Of a DNA stretch of 64,000 bases, positions 40,158 through 51,036 are shown in pieces. Source of the stretch: Actinomycetota bacterium. GTDB taxonomy: Bacteria; Actinomycetota; Actinomycetes; Nanopelagicales; Nanopelagicaceae. The notes beneath the pieces were generated by a model. It worked only from the letters and a program-made list of their open reading frames with translations, did not search any database and was not told where the DNA came from. Location of the stretch: positions 11,546 through 75,545 of the forward strand of contig RGSB01000002.1 of assembly GCA_010032875.1 (NCBI GenBank). Direction: 5' to 3'. Each line of letters starts with the position of its first letter. The first letter of the stretch is position 1. A program made the position numbers and the translations under genes.

Positions 40158-42755
40158 ATGACCAAACGCCTACTTTTAATCGATGGTCACTCAATGGCGT
40201 ACCGAGCATTCTTTGCTCTACCAGCTGAGAATTTCACTACAGCCCAAGGTCAGCACACGAACGCAATCTATGGCTTTGCCACGATGTTGATTTCACTCAT
40301 AAAGGAAGAGAAACCAACACATATTGCAGTGGCTTTCGATGTTTCGCGCAAAACTTTTAGAACCGATATTTTTCCAGAGTACAAAGCGAATCGCTCAAAG
40401 ACTCCTGATGAGTTCCGATCTCAGATGAGTTACTTGCACGAACTAGTTTCAGCTTTTGGAATACAGCAATTTGAAATAGAAGGCTACGAAGCCGATGACA
40501 TCATTGCAACAATTACAAAGCGTGCCGAAAAAGAGAAGTGTGAAGTCCTCATCTGTACGGGGGACAGAGATAGTTTCCAACTGATCAATAAGCAAACAAC
40601 AGTTTTGTATCCAAAGCGTGGCGTCAGTGAAATGTCACGAATGGATCCCGACGCCGTCTTAGCCAAGTATGGAATGTCTGCAGATCAATACCCCGATTTT
40701 GCAGCACTGAGGGGAGATCCCAGTGACAATCTTCCATCAGTGCCAGGTGTTGGTGAAAAGACTGCAGCTAAATGGATTGTTGATTTTGGTTCACTCAAAA
40801 ACTTACTTTCAAATGTAGAGACCTTAGGAGGAAAAGTCGGGCAATCCCTCAGAGATAACATCGATAACGTCATTCGCAATCGAGAGCTCACTCAACTTGT
40901 TCATGACGCACCTGTGGATTTTGAGATTGATGCGCTGCTTTGGAGTGGACCTGATCAAGAACTCGTTACTCCACTCTTTGAAAAATTGGAATTCAGAACT
41001 CTCAAAGATCGTTTGACTCCGCTTCTAAAGAAAGCTTCAGAAAAATCAACATCAACATCAACATCAACATCCGAAACATTATTTGAAACTCCATTTGATT
41101 CATCAATTCTCACCCCTGAAGAAGTAACAAAAAAAATCTCCGAGCACGCAGGTGAAATCGCAATAGCTTTTGAAGTTATTGAAGAAAAGATGCATCGCTA
41201 CTGCGTAGCGCTAAGTCGCGAAAACTCATTTATAGTCCATTCAAGTCAGATGGGCGCTTGGGCCACAGATACAAAAGTTTCCAAAATTGCACATGACGCT
41301 AAATCGGTAGCTCGGAACTATCCATTAACGAACATCTCATTTGATACCAACCTCGCTGCCTATTTACTCAATCCGGGTACTCGAAGTTTGGATTTCACTG
41401 ACATCATCGAACGATGGGGCGATGGAACACAGATAGATAAAAGTTCTCCAGAAGCGACTTTGCATTCACATGCTCGATTGTTATTTACCTTGCGAGATTC
41501 TCTCTCGAAACAACTAAAAGAACGAGAATTAGAAAGTTTGTTTAATGAACTTGAGATGCCTATATCAGAGTTACTGGCAGTTATGGAGAACAGGGGCATA
41601 GCTGTTGATCGAAAAAAGCTCGAATCTTTGGCTGTGTTTTTTGAAAAGGAGAGTACGGTTCAAACAAAGATTGCACATGAGGCTGTTGGTCATGAGTTTA
41701 ATTTAGCCTCGCCTAAGCAGTTGCAGGTGGTTCTATTTGACGAACTGAAATTACCCAAAACCAAGAAGATTAAAACTGGTTATACAACGGATGCAGATGC
41801 CCTTAATTGGTTATTTGAAAAATCTAAACATCCTGTATTGGCCGCGATGTTGCGTGTTCGTGAAACAAAAAAATTAGGCGCTACCGTAGAAGGTTTGCTC
41901 ACAGAAACATCAAAAGCTAACCGTATTCATACTCATTTTGCTCAGACAGTTGCAGCAACGGGTCGACTCTCTTCAGTGGGACCAAACCTTCAGAACATTC
42001 CCGTGCGAACAGAAGAAGGTAGACAGATCCGCGAATGCTTTATTGCCGGACCCGGTTATGAATCTTTACTGACCGCAGATTACAGTCAGATTGAAATGCG
42101 AATCATGGCTCATTTATCCAATGACGCCGCCTTATTAAAAGCCTTCGAATCTGGAGAAGATTTGCACGCCAGTGTTGCGGGTTTAGTTTTTGGTGTTAAA
42201 CCAAGTGAAGTCGACCCTGAGATGCGACGACAAATGAAAGCCATGTCATACGGTTTAGCCTACGGCTTGAGTTCCTACGGTTTAGCTGCACAACTAGATC
42301 TATCTGCCAGTGCTGCGCAGGATTTAATGAATAAGTACTTTATTCGCTTTGGCGGCATTCGTGATTATTTAAGTGATGTTGTGGAACAAGCTCGTAAAGT
42401 TGGTTATACCCAGACAGTTATGGGTCGCAGGCGTTATCTGCCTGATCTCAGCAGCGATAATCGTCCGCGTCGAGAAATAGCCGAGCGCATGGCGTTGAAT
42501 GCACCGATTCAAGGATCTGCGGCTGACATTATTAAGAAAGCAATGCTCAATGTTGATTCCTTGATTAGTGAAAAAAAATTGAAATCTCAATTGTTGTTAC
42601 AGGTTCATGATGAATTGATATTTGAAGTTGCACCTGGGGAGCAGGAAATTCTGAGTGACATAGTTCGTAAAGGCATGGGCAGCGCCTTTGACTTGAAGGC
42701 ACCACTTGATGTCAGTATCGGCGTGGGTGCTAGCTGGAATCAAGCAGCACACTAA
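40158..42755 (+). CDS. polA: DNA polymerase I
   Basis: It has the 5'-nuclease N-terminus (LLLIDGHSMAYRAFFA, GDRDSFQL). The polymerase motifs are DYSQIEMRIMAHLS, RRQMKAMSYGLAYG and QVHDELIFE. Confidence 0.97.
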   Translation: MTKRLLLIDGHSMAYRAFFALPAENFTTAQGQHTNAIYGFATMLISLIKEEKPTHIAVAFDVSRKTFRTDIFPEYKANRSKTPDEFRSQMSYLHELVSAFGIQQFEIEGYEADDIIATITKRAEKEKCEVLICTGDRDSFQLINKQTTVLYPKRGVSEMSRMDPDAVLAKYGMSADQYPDFAALRGDPSDNLPSVPGVGEKTAAKWIVDFGSLKNLLSNVETLGGKVGQSLRDNIDNVIRNRELTQLVHDAPVDFEIDALLWSGPDQELVTPLFEKLEFRTLKDRLTPLLKKASEKSTSTSTSTSETLFETPFDSSILTPEEVTKKISEHAGEIAIAFEVIEEKMHRYCVALSRENSFIVHSSQMGAWATDTKVSKIAHDAKSVARNYPLTNISFDTNLAAYLLNPGTRSLDFTDIIERWGDGTQIDKSSPEATLHSHARLLFTLRDSLSKQLKERELESLFNELEMPISELLAVMENRGIAVDRKKLESLAVFFEKESTVQTKIAHEAVGHEFNLASPKQLQVVLFDELKLPKTKKIKTGYTTDADALNWLFEKSKHPVLAAMLRVRETKKLGATVEGLLTETSKANRIHTHFAQTVAATGRLSSVGPNLQNIPVRTEEGRQIRECFIAGPGYESLLTADYSQIEMRIMAHLSNDAALLKAFESGEDLHASVAGLVFGVKPSEVDPEMRRQMKAMSYGLAYGLSSYGLAAQLDLSASAAQDLMNKYFIRFGGIRDYLSDVVEQARKVGYTQTVMGRRRYLPDLSSDNRPRREIAERMALNAPIQGSAADIIKKAMLNVDSLISEKKLKSQLLLQVHDELIFEVAPGEQEILSDIVRKGMGSAFDLKAPLDVSIGVGASWNQAAH
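41046..41069 (+). repeat. (TCAACA)x4 in-frame hexanucleotide repeat encoding (Ser-Thr)4 in the polA interdomain linker
   Basis: Four perfect tandem copies were read directly from the sequence. Confidence 0.9.
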
Positions 42756-43978
42756 TTAGTTGTTGGTAAGTTATCTTTCATCGCTTGTAGATCTTCTTCC
42801 GATTCAGGGATCCTGTCAGCAGCCTTGAGACGTTCGCGACCAATTGTCAGAATCACAAAACCTATTCCGATGCACGCAGATGTTGTTGCAAGCACAGTAC
42901 GCGGTGAAAAAGTTTCAGATAGATATCCACCGAGTGCTGCACCAAGTGACATTAGAGTTCCCTCAACCGTCCACAGCCAACCCATTGCTGCAGTCTGCGA
43001 ACCTTTCGGACGAACAGCTTCCATAACTTCCCAGTAAAAGACTTGAATCGCTCCACCGACTAATCCGAGTGCTGCTCCAAACAAAGCCATAGACCAACCT
43101 GGATAGGAAAATGCAATAGGGATGGATACAAAAAACCAGATGAAATAAGTTTTACGCATGGTAGACAGCGCTGAGCGATTTTTTGAAACTAAACCAGCTA
43201 ATAAACCACCAACAACATTCGCGACACCCATTGCACCAAATATCCACGCGGTTCTCTGGGGAACACCTTCTAACGTTGCAAAAGCGGGAACCGCAACATC
43301 GAATAGGCCCCAACCAAAGCCAATAAAACACCCTTCAATCATTAAAAGTTGAAGTGGTTTTGATCTCCAGAGTGCGGCTGAATCTTTAACCTTTTTCTCT
43401 GGCTTCCAGTTTCGTGAAATTGAACTTATACCGAGTGCTGTCCCACCGATAAACATCATCGCGGAAGCCGTACTTAGTGCAGAACCTGGATGAGAAGATA
43501 ATGCCAAAGATGTTGCTAAAACTGGTCCTATCACACCAGCAAAATTCATAATTGCTGTATCGGCAGCGTATGCAACTCTTAAATAATCTGCTGGTACAAC
43601 ATCTTTCCAGAGTGGCCTCACAGATAGATTAATTGGAGGTGCAGTAATTCCAAGAACGAAAGCCGCAACAAGAAGAATAGTTCGGTCGTGTGCCATGTTG
43701 AGCGCAAGCAGCATTCCTGCATAACATGGAACAAATATTCGCAGGGGCCATTTTTGTCCCCATTTATCCATAATTGATCCACGAATACCTGCAGTGAGCG
43801 AACCTGCAACAGAGTTAATTCCAATGGCTAACCCCGCGATTGCAACAGAGTTGGTTTCTTGTTCCGTTTTAAAGAAAATCGCCAAACTGATCATCCCGTA
43901 TGAAATACGTGCGGGCAGGGCAGCAAGTATCAGCACCCAGGCGTTTGGGAATCTAAGTAATTCTCTGTATCTCTGCAT
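42752..43978 (-). CDS. MFS transporter
   Basis: It is 408 aa with about 12 predicted TM helices. The substrate cannot be determined from the sequence. Confidence 0.8.
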   Translation of the reverse strand: MQRYRELLRFPNAWVLILAALPARISYGMISLAIFFKTEQETNSVAIAGLAIGINSVAGSLTAGIRGSIMDKWGQKWPLRIFVPCYAGMLLALNMAHDRTILLVAAFVLGITAPPINLSVRPLWKDVVPADYLRVAYAADTAIMNFAGVIGPVLATSLALSSHPGSALSTASAMMFIGGTALGISSISRNWKPEKKVKDSAALWRSKPLQLLMIEGCFIGFGWGLFDVAVPAFATLEGVPQRTAWIFGAMGVANVVGGLLAGLVSKNRSALSTMRKTYFIWFFVSIPIAFSYPGWSMALFGAALGLVGGAIQVFYWEVMEAVRPKGSQTAAMGWLWTVEGTLMSLGAALGGYLSETFSPRTVLATTSACIGIGFVILTIGRERLKAADRIPESEEDLQAMKDNLPTTN

Positions 43979-44108
43979 TTCGCGCGAGTCTATCCACCAA
44001 GTATGGGTGGGCGAGCGTATTTATACGCACGGAATTGACCCCGCAACGCGTAAAACCGTACCCTTAGCGCTCCCTGTCCCTACTACTCATCTATCCCTAC
44101 GGAGCATT

Positions 44109-45458
44109 TTGACTACTTCACCAGTAATTGCAGTTAATGACATTGGATCAGCGGCAGATTTCCTAGCCGCAATCGAAGGAACAATTAGAAATTTTAACGA
44201 CGGAGATCTCGTCGAAGGCACAGTTGTTCAAGTAGATCGCGAAGAAGTTCTTGTTGATATTGGCTACAAGACCGAAGGTGTAATCCCATCTCGCGAGTTA
44301 TCGATCCGTCACGATGCAGATCCAAATGAGATTGTAAAAGTTGGCGACAAAATTGAAGCTTTAGTTCTTCAAAAGGAAGATAAAGAAGGACGTTTAATTC
44401 TTTCTAAGAAACGCGCACAATATGAGCGTGCATGGGGAGACATTGAAGGCAAGAAAGAGCGCGACGAAGTTGTAATCGGAACTGTTATTGAAGTTGTTAA
44501 GGGTGGACTCATCGTTGACATCGGTCTTCGTGGCTTCCTTCCGGCATCACTCGTAGAAATGCGACGCGTACGCGATCTGACTCCTTACATCGGCAAGCAG
44601 GTTGAAGCACGCATCATCGAATTAGATAAGAACCGCAATAACGTTGTTCTTTCACGCCGTGCGTTCCTCGAACAAACTCAATCAGAGTCACGCACAACTT
44701 TCCTAAATCAACTCCAAAAGGGTCAAGTTCGTTCCGGTGTTGTTTCATCCATCGTTAACTTTGGTGCATTCGTCGATCTTGGTGGCGTAGATGGTTTGGT
44801 TCACGTTTCAGAACTTTCATGGAAGCACATTGATCATCCAGGTGAAGTTGTTGAAGTTGGCGATGAAGTAACCGTTGAAGTTCTCGAAGTTGATTTCGAG
44901 CGTGAACGTGTTTCACTCTCTCTCAAGGCAACACAAGAAGATCCATGGCAAGCATTTGCTCGCACACACACAATCAATCAGGTTGTTCCAGGTGTTGTGA
45001 CCAAACTTGTTCCATTCGGAGCATTTATTCGTGTACATGAAGGCATCGAAGGTCTTGTTCACATCTCTGAATTAGCAGAGCGCCACGTAGAAATTCCAGA
45101 GCAAGTAGTTCAAGTAGATGACGAACTCTTTGTAAAAATTATTGATATTGACCTAGAGCGTCGTCGTATCTCTCTGTCACTTAAGCAAGCTAATGAGGGA
45201 CAAGAAGTTGAAATCGAAGCATTCGATCCAACTCAATACGGAATGTCTGCTCGTTACGATGCTGAAGGTAAGTTCATCTATCCAGAAGGTTTCGATGCTG
45301 ACACTCAAGAGTGGAAGCCTGGATATGAATCACAACGCGAAGCGTGGGAAAAAGAGTACGCAGTTGCTCAAGAACGTTTCCTAGCTCACAAGAAGCAAAA
45401 GGCTGAAGCGAAAGCTGCTGACGCTGCTGCAACACCTGTCGAGGTAGCAGCAGAGTAA
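44109..45458 (+). CDS. rpsA: 30S ribosomal protein S1
   Basis: It has the conserved N-terminus (M)TTSPVIAVNDIGSAADFLAAIEGTIRNFNDGDLVEGTVV and repeated S1 domains. The TTG at 44109 follows GGAG. The track ORF start at 43794 would overlap the MFS gene and adds non-S1 sequence. Confidence 0.93.
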   Translation: MTTSPVIAVNDIGSAADFLAAIEGTIRNFNDGDLVEGTVVQVDREEVLVDIGYKTEGVIPSRELSIRHDADPNEIVKVGDKIEALVLQKEDKEGRLILSKKRAQYERAWGDIEGKKERDEVVIGTVIEVVKGGLIVDIGLRGFLPASLVEMRRVRDLTPYIGKQVEARIIELDKNRNNVVLSRRAFLEQTQSESRTTFLNQLQKGQVRSGVVSSIVNFGAFVDLGGVDGLVHVSELSWKHIDHPGEVVEVGDEVTVEVLEVDFERERVSLSLKATQEDPWQAFARTHTINQVVPGVVTKLVPFGAFIRVHEGIEGLVHISELAERHVEIPEQVVQVDDELFVKIIDIDLERRRISLSLKQANEGQEVEIEAFDPTQYGMSARYDAEGKFIYPEGFDADTQEWKPGYESQREAWEKEYAVAQERFLAHKKQKAEAKAADAAATPVEVAAE

Positions 45459-45464
45459 TTTCTA

Positions 45465-46064
45465 GTGGCCTTCGTTATAGGACTCACTGGCGGCATCGGC
45501 TCGGGCAAATCTCTTGCTGCGCAATTCTTTTCGCAATTAGGTGCGCTTGTAATTGATGCTGACCAATTAGCGCGTTCGGCTATTGAACGCGGTTCAGAGG
45601 GTTTTGATGAAGTATTACTTCGATTCGGTGACTCCGTTCTAATCAACGGTGACATCGATCGAGTAGCACTCGGGCAAATTGTCTTTGAGAATCCACAAGC
45701 AAAGAAGGATCTCGAAGCCATTATTCATCCCCGAATTCGCGCCGAATTCGAAGAAGCCGTCGCAAGTTTGGACGCCGATGAAATAATGGTTTATGAAATT
45801 CCACTACTTGTTGAAACAAATGCAGCAGATCGTTTTGATTTCATCATCACTGTTGAATCAGATGCCGAATTGAGAAAAGAACGACTTCGTGCTCGAGGAA
45901 TGTTCCACTCTGATATTGAAAAAAGAATGGCCTCACAAGCCAGCGAAGAAGAGCGTCGAGCGATCGCTGATTGCGTTCTAACCAATAACGGCAGTGAAGA
46001 CGAATTATTACGCCAGGTTGAAAATGTCTGGGAATCAACAATTTTGCCGCGCGCGCAAAAATAG
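45465..46064 (+). CDS. coaE: Dephospho-CoA kinase
   Basis: It has the P-loop GLTGGIGSGKS and follows rpsA syntenically. The start is GTG. Confidence 0.92.
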   Translation: MAFVIGLTGGIGSGKSLAAQFFSQLGALVIDADQLARSAIERGSEGFDEVLLRFGDSVLINGDIDRVALGQIVFENPQAKKDLEAIIHPRIRAEFEEAVASLDADEIMVYEIPLLVETNAADRFDFIITVESDAELRKERLRARGMFHSDIEKRMASQASEEERRAIADCVLTNNGSEDELLRQVENVWESTILPRAQK

Positions 46065-46088
46065 AGCTGCAAAGATAGAGTTCGGCAT

Positions 46089-48170
46089 ATGCGCCCGATT
46101 ACCGATCTTCAAAGGAGGGTCGAACCCTTTCAAGTAATCAGCGATTACGTACCAGCAGGAGATCAACCAGCTGCTATCGAAGAGATAGTTAAGCGCATTA
46201 ATTCAGGCGCGCAGGATGTTGTTCTCCTAGGAGCAACCGGTACAGGAAAGTCTGCAACAACTGCCTGGATGATCGAGAAGTTGCAACGACCAACTCTCGT
46301 TCTTGCCCCCAACAAAACTTTGGCAGCACAACTTGCCAATGAATTTCGCGAATTACTGCCAAATAATGCAGTTGAATATTTCGTTTCATATTATGACTAC
46401 TACCAACCTGAGGCTTACGTTCCCCAGACAGATACTTTCATCGAGAAAGATTCCAGCGTTAATGATGAAGTAGAACGTTTGCGCCATTCTGCGACGAACT
46501 CGCTCTTAACGCGTCGGGATGTTGTTGTGGTTGCAACTGTCTCTTGTATTTATGGACTTGGAACGCCGCAGGAATACATCGATCGAATGATTAAATTAAG
46601 AGTGGGCGATGAAATCGAACGAAATGTTTTACTGCGACGATTTGTTGATGTTCAGTACAAACGAAATGATATGGCCTTTGAACGTGGAACTTTTAGAGTT
46701 CGCGGCGACACCATCGAGATCATTCCGATGTATGAAGAATTAGCCCTTCGAATCGAAATGTTCGGAGATGAAATCGAACGAATTACTACTCTCAATCCAC
46801 TTACAGGTGAAATCCTTCGCGAGGAAGAAGAGATGTACGTTTTCCCTGCAACTCACTATGCCGCGGGTCCCGAAACTATGAAACGCGCAATGGGGGACAT
46901 CACTGATGAACTTCAGATTCAACTCAATCTCTTTGAAAAGCAAGGTAAGTTGCTAGAAGCGCAACGGCTGCGGATGCGCACAACCTTCGATTTGGAGATG
47001 ATGGAACAACTTGGTTTCTGTTCCGGAATTGAAAATTATTCAAGACATCTTGATGGACGCGAGCCAGGATCAGCTCCTAATTGTTTGTTGGATTATTTTC
47101 CTGAAGATTTCCTAGTAGTAATAGATGAAAGCCACGTTACTGTTCCTCAGATAGGAGCGATGTATGAAGGCGATGCTTCGCGCAAAAGAACTTTGGTTGA
47201 ACATGGATTCCGACTTCCAAGCGCGCTAGATAATCGGCCTCTCAAGTGGCCCGAATTTTTAGAACGGGTGGGTCAAAAGGTATATCTTTCTGCAACTCCT
47301 GGTCCTTACGAATTGGGCAAAGTTGAAAATGATGTAGTTGAACAAGTTATTCGCCCAACCGGACTTGTGGATCCTCAGATTGTCATAAAACCCATCAAAG
47401 GTCAGATTGATGATCTGCTTTCTGAAATTAAGATTCGCACAGAGCGCAATGAACGCGTTTTAGTTACAACGCTAACAAAAAAGATGTCGGAGGATTTAAC
47501 AGAGTATCTCCAAGAAAAAGGTATAAAAGTTCAGTACTTGCACTCAGAAGTAGATACGTTACGAAGAGTTGAGCTATTGCGCGAGCTTCGGTCAGGACAA
47601 TTTGATGTTCTCATCGGTATCAACTTACTTCGCGAAGGCCTAGATTTACCAGAAGTTTCACTTGTAGCAATTTTGGATGCAGATAAAGAGGGATTCCTCC
47701 GTTCTGCAACTTCGTTAATTCAAACTATTGGGCGTGCAGCTCGAAATGTTTCCGGCGAAGTTCACATGTATGCTGACAACATTACAAAATCCATGGCAAA
47801 AGCTATCGATGAAACTAATCGGCGTCGAGCAAAGCAAGTTGCTTATAACCTCGAACGAGGAGTAGACCCGCAACCATTACGCAAGAAGATTGCCGACATC
47901 ACCGATCTGATTAATCGCGAAAGCGATGACACAGATGAACTGCTTGCATCTGGTCATAAATCGAAATCAGCCAGTGCGCCACCGATTGGTTTGCGCAGCA
48001 AGAATGCTGGCTCTCTGCCGCGCCAAGAATTAGTAGCGTTGATAGAGTCGCTCACTGACCAGATGAGAAGTGCGGCAGCGGAACTATCCTTCGAGCTTGC
48101 AGCAAGATTGCGTGATGAGATTCGCGATCTGAAGAAGGAACTTCGAGCGATGCAAGAAGCGGGGCATTGA
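46089..48170 (+). CDS. uvrB: Excinuclease ABC subunit B
   Basis: It has GATGTGKS, helicase motifs, and the C-terminal UVR domain [17 protein letters not shown]. Confidence 0.97.
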   Translation: MRPITDLQRRVEPFQVISDYVPAGDQPAAIEEIVKRINSGAQDVVLLGATGTGKSATTAWMIEKLQRPTLVLAPNKTLAAQLANEFRELLPNNAVEYFVSYYDYYQPEAYVPQTDTFIEKDSSVNDEVERLRHSATNSLLTRRDVVVVATVSCIYGLGTPQEYIDRMIKLRVGDEIERNVLLRRFVDVQYKRNDMAFERGTFRVRGDTIEIIPMYEELALRIEMFGDEIERITTLNPLTGEILREEEEMYVFPATHYAAGPETMKRAMGDITDELQIQLNLFEKQGKLLEAQRLRMRTTFDLEMMEQLGFCSGIENYSRHLDGREPGSAPNCLLDYFPEDFLVVIDESHVTVPQIGAMYEGDASRKRTLVEHGFRLPSALDNRPLKWPEFLERVGQKVYLSATPGPYELGKVENDVVEQVIRPTGLVDPQIVIKPIKGQIDDLLSEIKIRTERNERVLVTTLTKKMSEDLTEYLQEKGIKVQYLHSEVDTLRRVELLRELRSGQFDVLIGINLLREGLDLPEVSLVAILDADKEGFLRSATSLIQTIGRAARNVSGEVHMYADNITKSMAKAIDETNRRRAKQVAYNLERGVDPQPLRKKIADITDLINRESDDTDELLASGHKSKSASAPPIGLRSKNAGSLPRQELVALIESLTDQMRSAAAELSFELAARLRDEIRDLKKELRAMQEAGH

Positions 48171-51034
48171 TGAGCATCGATAAGTTAGTAGTGCGCGGTG
48201 CCCGCGAACACAACCTCAAAGATGTTTCCATCGAACTACCTCGAGAATCTCTGATTGTCTTTACCGGGCTTTCTGGCTCTGGAAAATCAAGTTTGGCCTT
48301 CGACACTATCTTTGCTGAAGGTCAGCGTAGATATGTGGAATCACTCTCTGCGTATGCCCGACAATTCTTGGGCCAAATGGATAAGCCTGATGTTGATTTC
48401 ATTGAAGGTTTATCGCCAGCAGTTTCCATTGATCAGAAATCAACAAATAGAAACCCACGTTCAACTGTTGGAACAATCACAGAAGTTTACGATTACCTGC
48501 GACTGCTATTCGCACGCGCTGGTCGCCCTCATTGTCCAAATTGCGCAAAGGCTGTATCTAGACAGACGCCACAACAAATTGTTGACCAAATTCTTACAAT
48601 GCCCGCAACTACCAAGTTTCAAATTTTGGCTCCAGTTGTACGTGCTCGCAAGGGTGAATTCGTAGACTTGTTTGCAGAGTTGATTGCTTCGGGATATTCG
48701 CGAGCCAGAATCGATGGAGAGATTGTCGCGCTCACCGATGCTCCAAAACTCAAGAAGCAAGAGAAGCACACAATAGAAGTTGTCGTTGATCGCCTCACTG
48801 CAAAAGCTGAATCTAAGTCCCGCCTAACTGATTCAATTGAAACTGCCCTTCGCTTAGCATCAGGCATTGTTCTTTTGGATTTTGTGGATGCAAAAGGAAG
48901 CGATAAGGAACGAACTTTTAGTGAACATCTTGCTTGTCACGACTGTAATCTCTCTTTTGAGGAGCTAGAGCCTCGATCTTTCTCATTTAACTCACCATTT
49001 GGAGCATGTCCTGAGTGCACGGGTATAGGAACAAAACTCGAAGTTGACGAAGAATTAATCATTCCTGATGATTCGATTTCAATTTATGAAGGTGCAATCG
49101 CGCCGTGGGCCGGGGGACAGTCTTCCGAGTATTTTTTACGTTTACTTGAAGCGTTATCAGAAGATGTGAAATTCTCACTCAATACACCCTGGAAGCGATT
49201 GCCGGAAAAAGCACGCAACGCAATCATTAATGGGTATGAGTACGAAGTTCATGTTAAATACAAGAATCGTTACGGACGCGTTCGTAACCACACCAGTGGA
49301 TTTGAAGGAGTTGTACCGTTTATTCACAGACGTCACGGAGAAACTGATAGTGATTACAGCCGTGAAAAATATGAAGCGTACATGCGCGAGATTCCATGTT
49401 CTGTGTGCAAAGGAGCTCGATTAAAGCCTGAAGTTCTTGCAGTAACTGTCGGCGATTTGTCCATCGCCCAGATATGCGAGCTTTCAATTGCGGATTGTGC
49501 AGAGTTTTTAAAAAAAATATCCCTTAATGCTCGCGAAGCGCAGATTGCCGAACGTGTAATGAAAGAGGTTCATGCGCGCTTGGGATTTTTACTAGATGTA
49601 GGTTTAGATTATTTGTCTCTAGCGCGCCCGGCAGCAACTTTGTCCGGTGGAGAAGCTCAACGAATTCGATTGGCTACCCAAATTGGTTCGGGATTAGTCG
49701 GGGTTCTCTATGTATTAGATGAACCAAGTATTGGTCTTCATCAAAGAGATAACCGCCGATTAATCGATACCTTAACCCGACTTCGCGATCTTGGTAATAC
49801 TCTCATTGTTGTTGAACACGATGAAGAGACAATTCGTACCGCCGATTGGATTGTGGACATTGGGCCAGGAGCTGGTGAACATGGCGGCAAAGTGGTTGTC
49901 TCAGGGGATTACCAATCACTGATTGACTCCAAAGAGTCAATTACTGGCGCATATTTGAGTGGTCGTAAATCCATCGCAATTCCAAGCAAGCGTCGACCAC
50001 TTGATGCGAAGCGAAAACTCACGGTTAAGGGTGCAAAAGAGAACAACCTTAAAGATATAGATGTCGATGTTCCGTTGGGTGTCTTTGTATCTGTTACAGG
50101 CGTTAGCGGTTCAGGCAAATCAACACTAGTTAACGATATTTTGTACAGTGTATTGGCCAATAAGTTAAATGGTGCTCGCATAGTTCCTGGTCGTCACCGC
50201 ACAGTATCTGGTGTTGATCATCTTGATAAAGTGGTACACGTTGATCAATCGCCAATTGGTCGAACTCCACGTTCTAATCCAGCGACCTATACAGGTGTTT
50301 TCGACAAGGTTCGCGCTCTATTTGCCGAGACATCTGAAGCCAAGGTTCGCGGATATCAACAAGGTCGATTCTCTTTCAATGTTAAAGGCGGCCGTTGCGA
50401 AAATTGTTCAGGTGATGGAACTATCACAATCGAAATGAACTTCCTCCCGGATGTTTACGTTCCATGCGAAGTATGTCACGGTGCCAGATACAACCGCGAA
50501 ACTCTAGAAGTTCATTATAAGAATAAGACAATTGCTGATGTTTTAAATATGCCTATCGAGGAAGCGCACGCATTCTTTGAATCTGTTCCAACAATTGCGC
50601 GTTATCTAAAGACATTATGTGATGTCGGCTTGGGTTATGTTCGCTTGGGACAATCTGCTCCAACTCTCTCTGGAGGTGAGGCGCAGCGAGTCAAACTGGC
50701 TACAGAGCTGCAACGCAGATCCACGGGTCGAACAATTTATGTATTAGATGAACCAACAACTGGCTTGCACTTTGAAGACGTGAACAAGTTACTCGGCGTA
50801 CTCAATCGTTTGGTCGATACTGGCAATACTGTTGTTGTCATCGAACACAATTTAGACGTCATCAAATCATCAGATTGGGTAATCGACATGGGTCCAGAAG
50901 GTGGATTCCGTGGAGGAACCGTCGTGGCAGAAGGAACCCCAGAAGATGTAGCGAAAGTCAGCGCAAGTTACACAGGGCAGTTCTTAGCTGAGATATTAAA
51001 AACTAACCGAAAAGCTCCTGCGAAGAAGAAGTAA
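48167..51034 (+). CDS. uvrA: Excinuclease ABC subunit A
   Basis: It has two ABC modules ([12 protein letters not shown] and [10 protein letters not shown]), zinc-finger Cys pairs and LSGGEAQR twice. An ATG at 48170 is an alternative start. Confidence 0.97.
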   Translation: MMSIDKLVVRGAREHNLKDVSIELPRESLIVFTGLSGSGKSSLAFDTIFAEGQRRYVESLSAYARQFLGQMDKPDVDFIEGLSPAVSIDQKSTNRNPRSTVGTITEVYDYLRLLFARAGRPHCPNCAKAVSRQTPQQIVDQILTMPATTKFQILAPVVRARKGEFVDLFAELIASGYSRARIDGEIVALTDAPKLKKQEKHTIEVVVDRLTAKAESKSRLTDSIETALRLASGIVLLDFVDAKGSDKERTFSEHLACHDCNLSFEELEPRSFSFNSPFGACPECTGIGTKLEVDEELIIPDDSISIYEGAIAPWAGGQSSEYFLRLLEALSEDVKFSLNTPWKRLPEKARNAIINGYEYEVHVKYKNRYGRVRNHTSGFEGVVPFIHRRHGETDSDYSREKYEAYMREIPCSVCKGARLKPEVLAVTVGDLSIAQICELSIADCAEFLKKISLNAREAQIAERVMKEVHARLGFLLDVGLDYLSLARPAATLSGGEAQRIRLATQIGSGLVGVLYVLDEPSIGLHQRDNRRLIDTLTRLRDLGNTLIVVEHDEETIRTADWIVDIGPGAGEHGGKVVVSGDYQSLIDSKESITGAYLSGRKSIAIPSKRRPLDAKRKLTVKGAKENNLKDIDVDVPLGVFVSVTGVSGSGKSTLVNDILYSVLANKLNGARIVPGRHRTVSGVDHLDKVVHVDQSPIGRTPRSNPATYTGVFDKVRALFAETSEAKVRGYQQGRFSFNVKGGRCENCSGDGTITIEMNFLPDVYVPCEVCHGARYNRETLEVHYKNKTIADVLNMPIEEAHAFFESVPTIARYLKTLCDVGLGYVRLGQSAPTLSGGEAQRVKLATELQRRSTGRTIYVLDEPTTGLHFEDVNKLLGVLNRLVDTGNTVVVIEHNLDVIKSSDWVIDMGPEGGFRGGTVVAEGTPEDVAKVSASYTGQFLAEILKTNRKAPAKKK

Positions 51035-51036
51035 TC

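Noticed and set aside
43794-44108. A 105-aa N-terminal extension of rpsA overlapping the MFS gene.
   Set aside because: The conserved S1 N-terminus begins at TTG 44109, after GGAG. The extension overlaps the opposite-strand MFS start and the promoter region.
45386-45721. A 111-aa minus-strand ORF across the rpsA/coaE junction.
   Set aside because: It is antisense to two conserved genes and has no motifs.
46065-46088. A LexA/SOS box in front of uvrB.
   Set aside because: Only a lone GTTCG half-site is present, and there is no TCGAAC-N4-GTTCGA palindrome.
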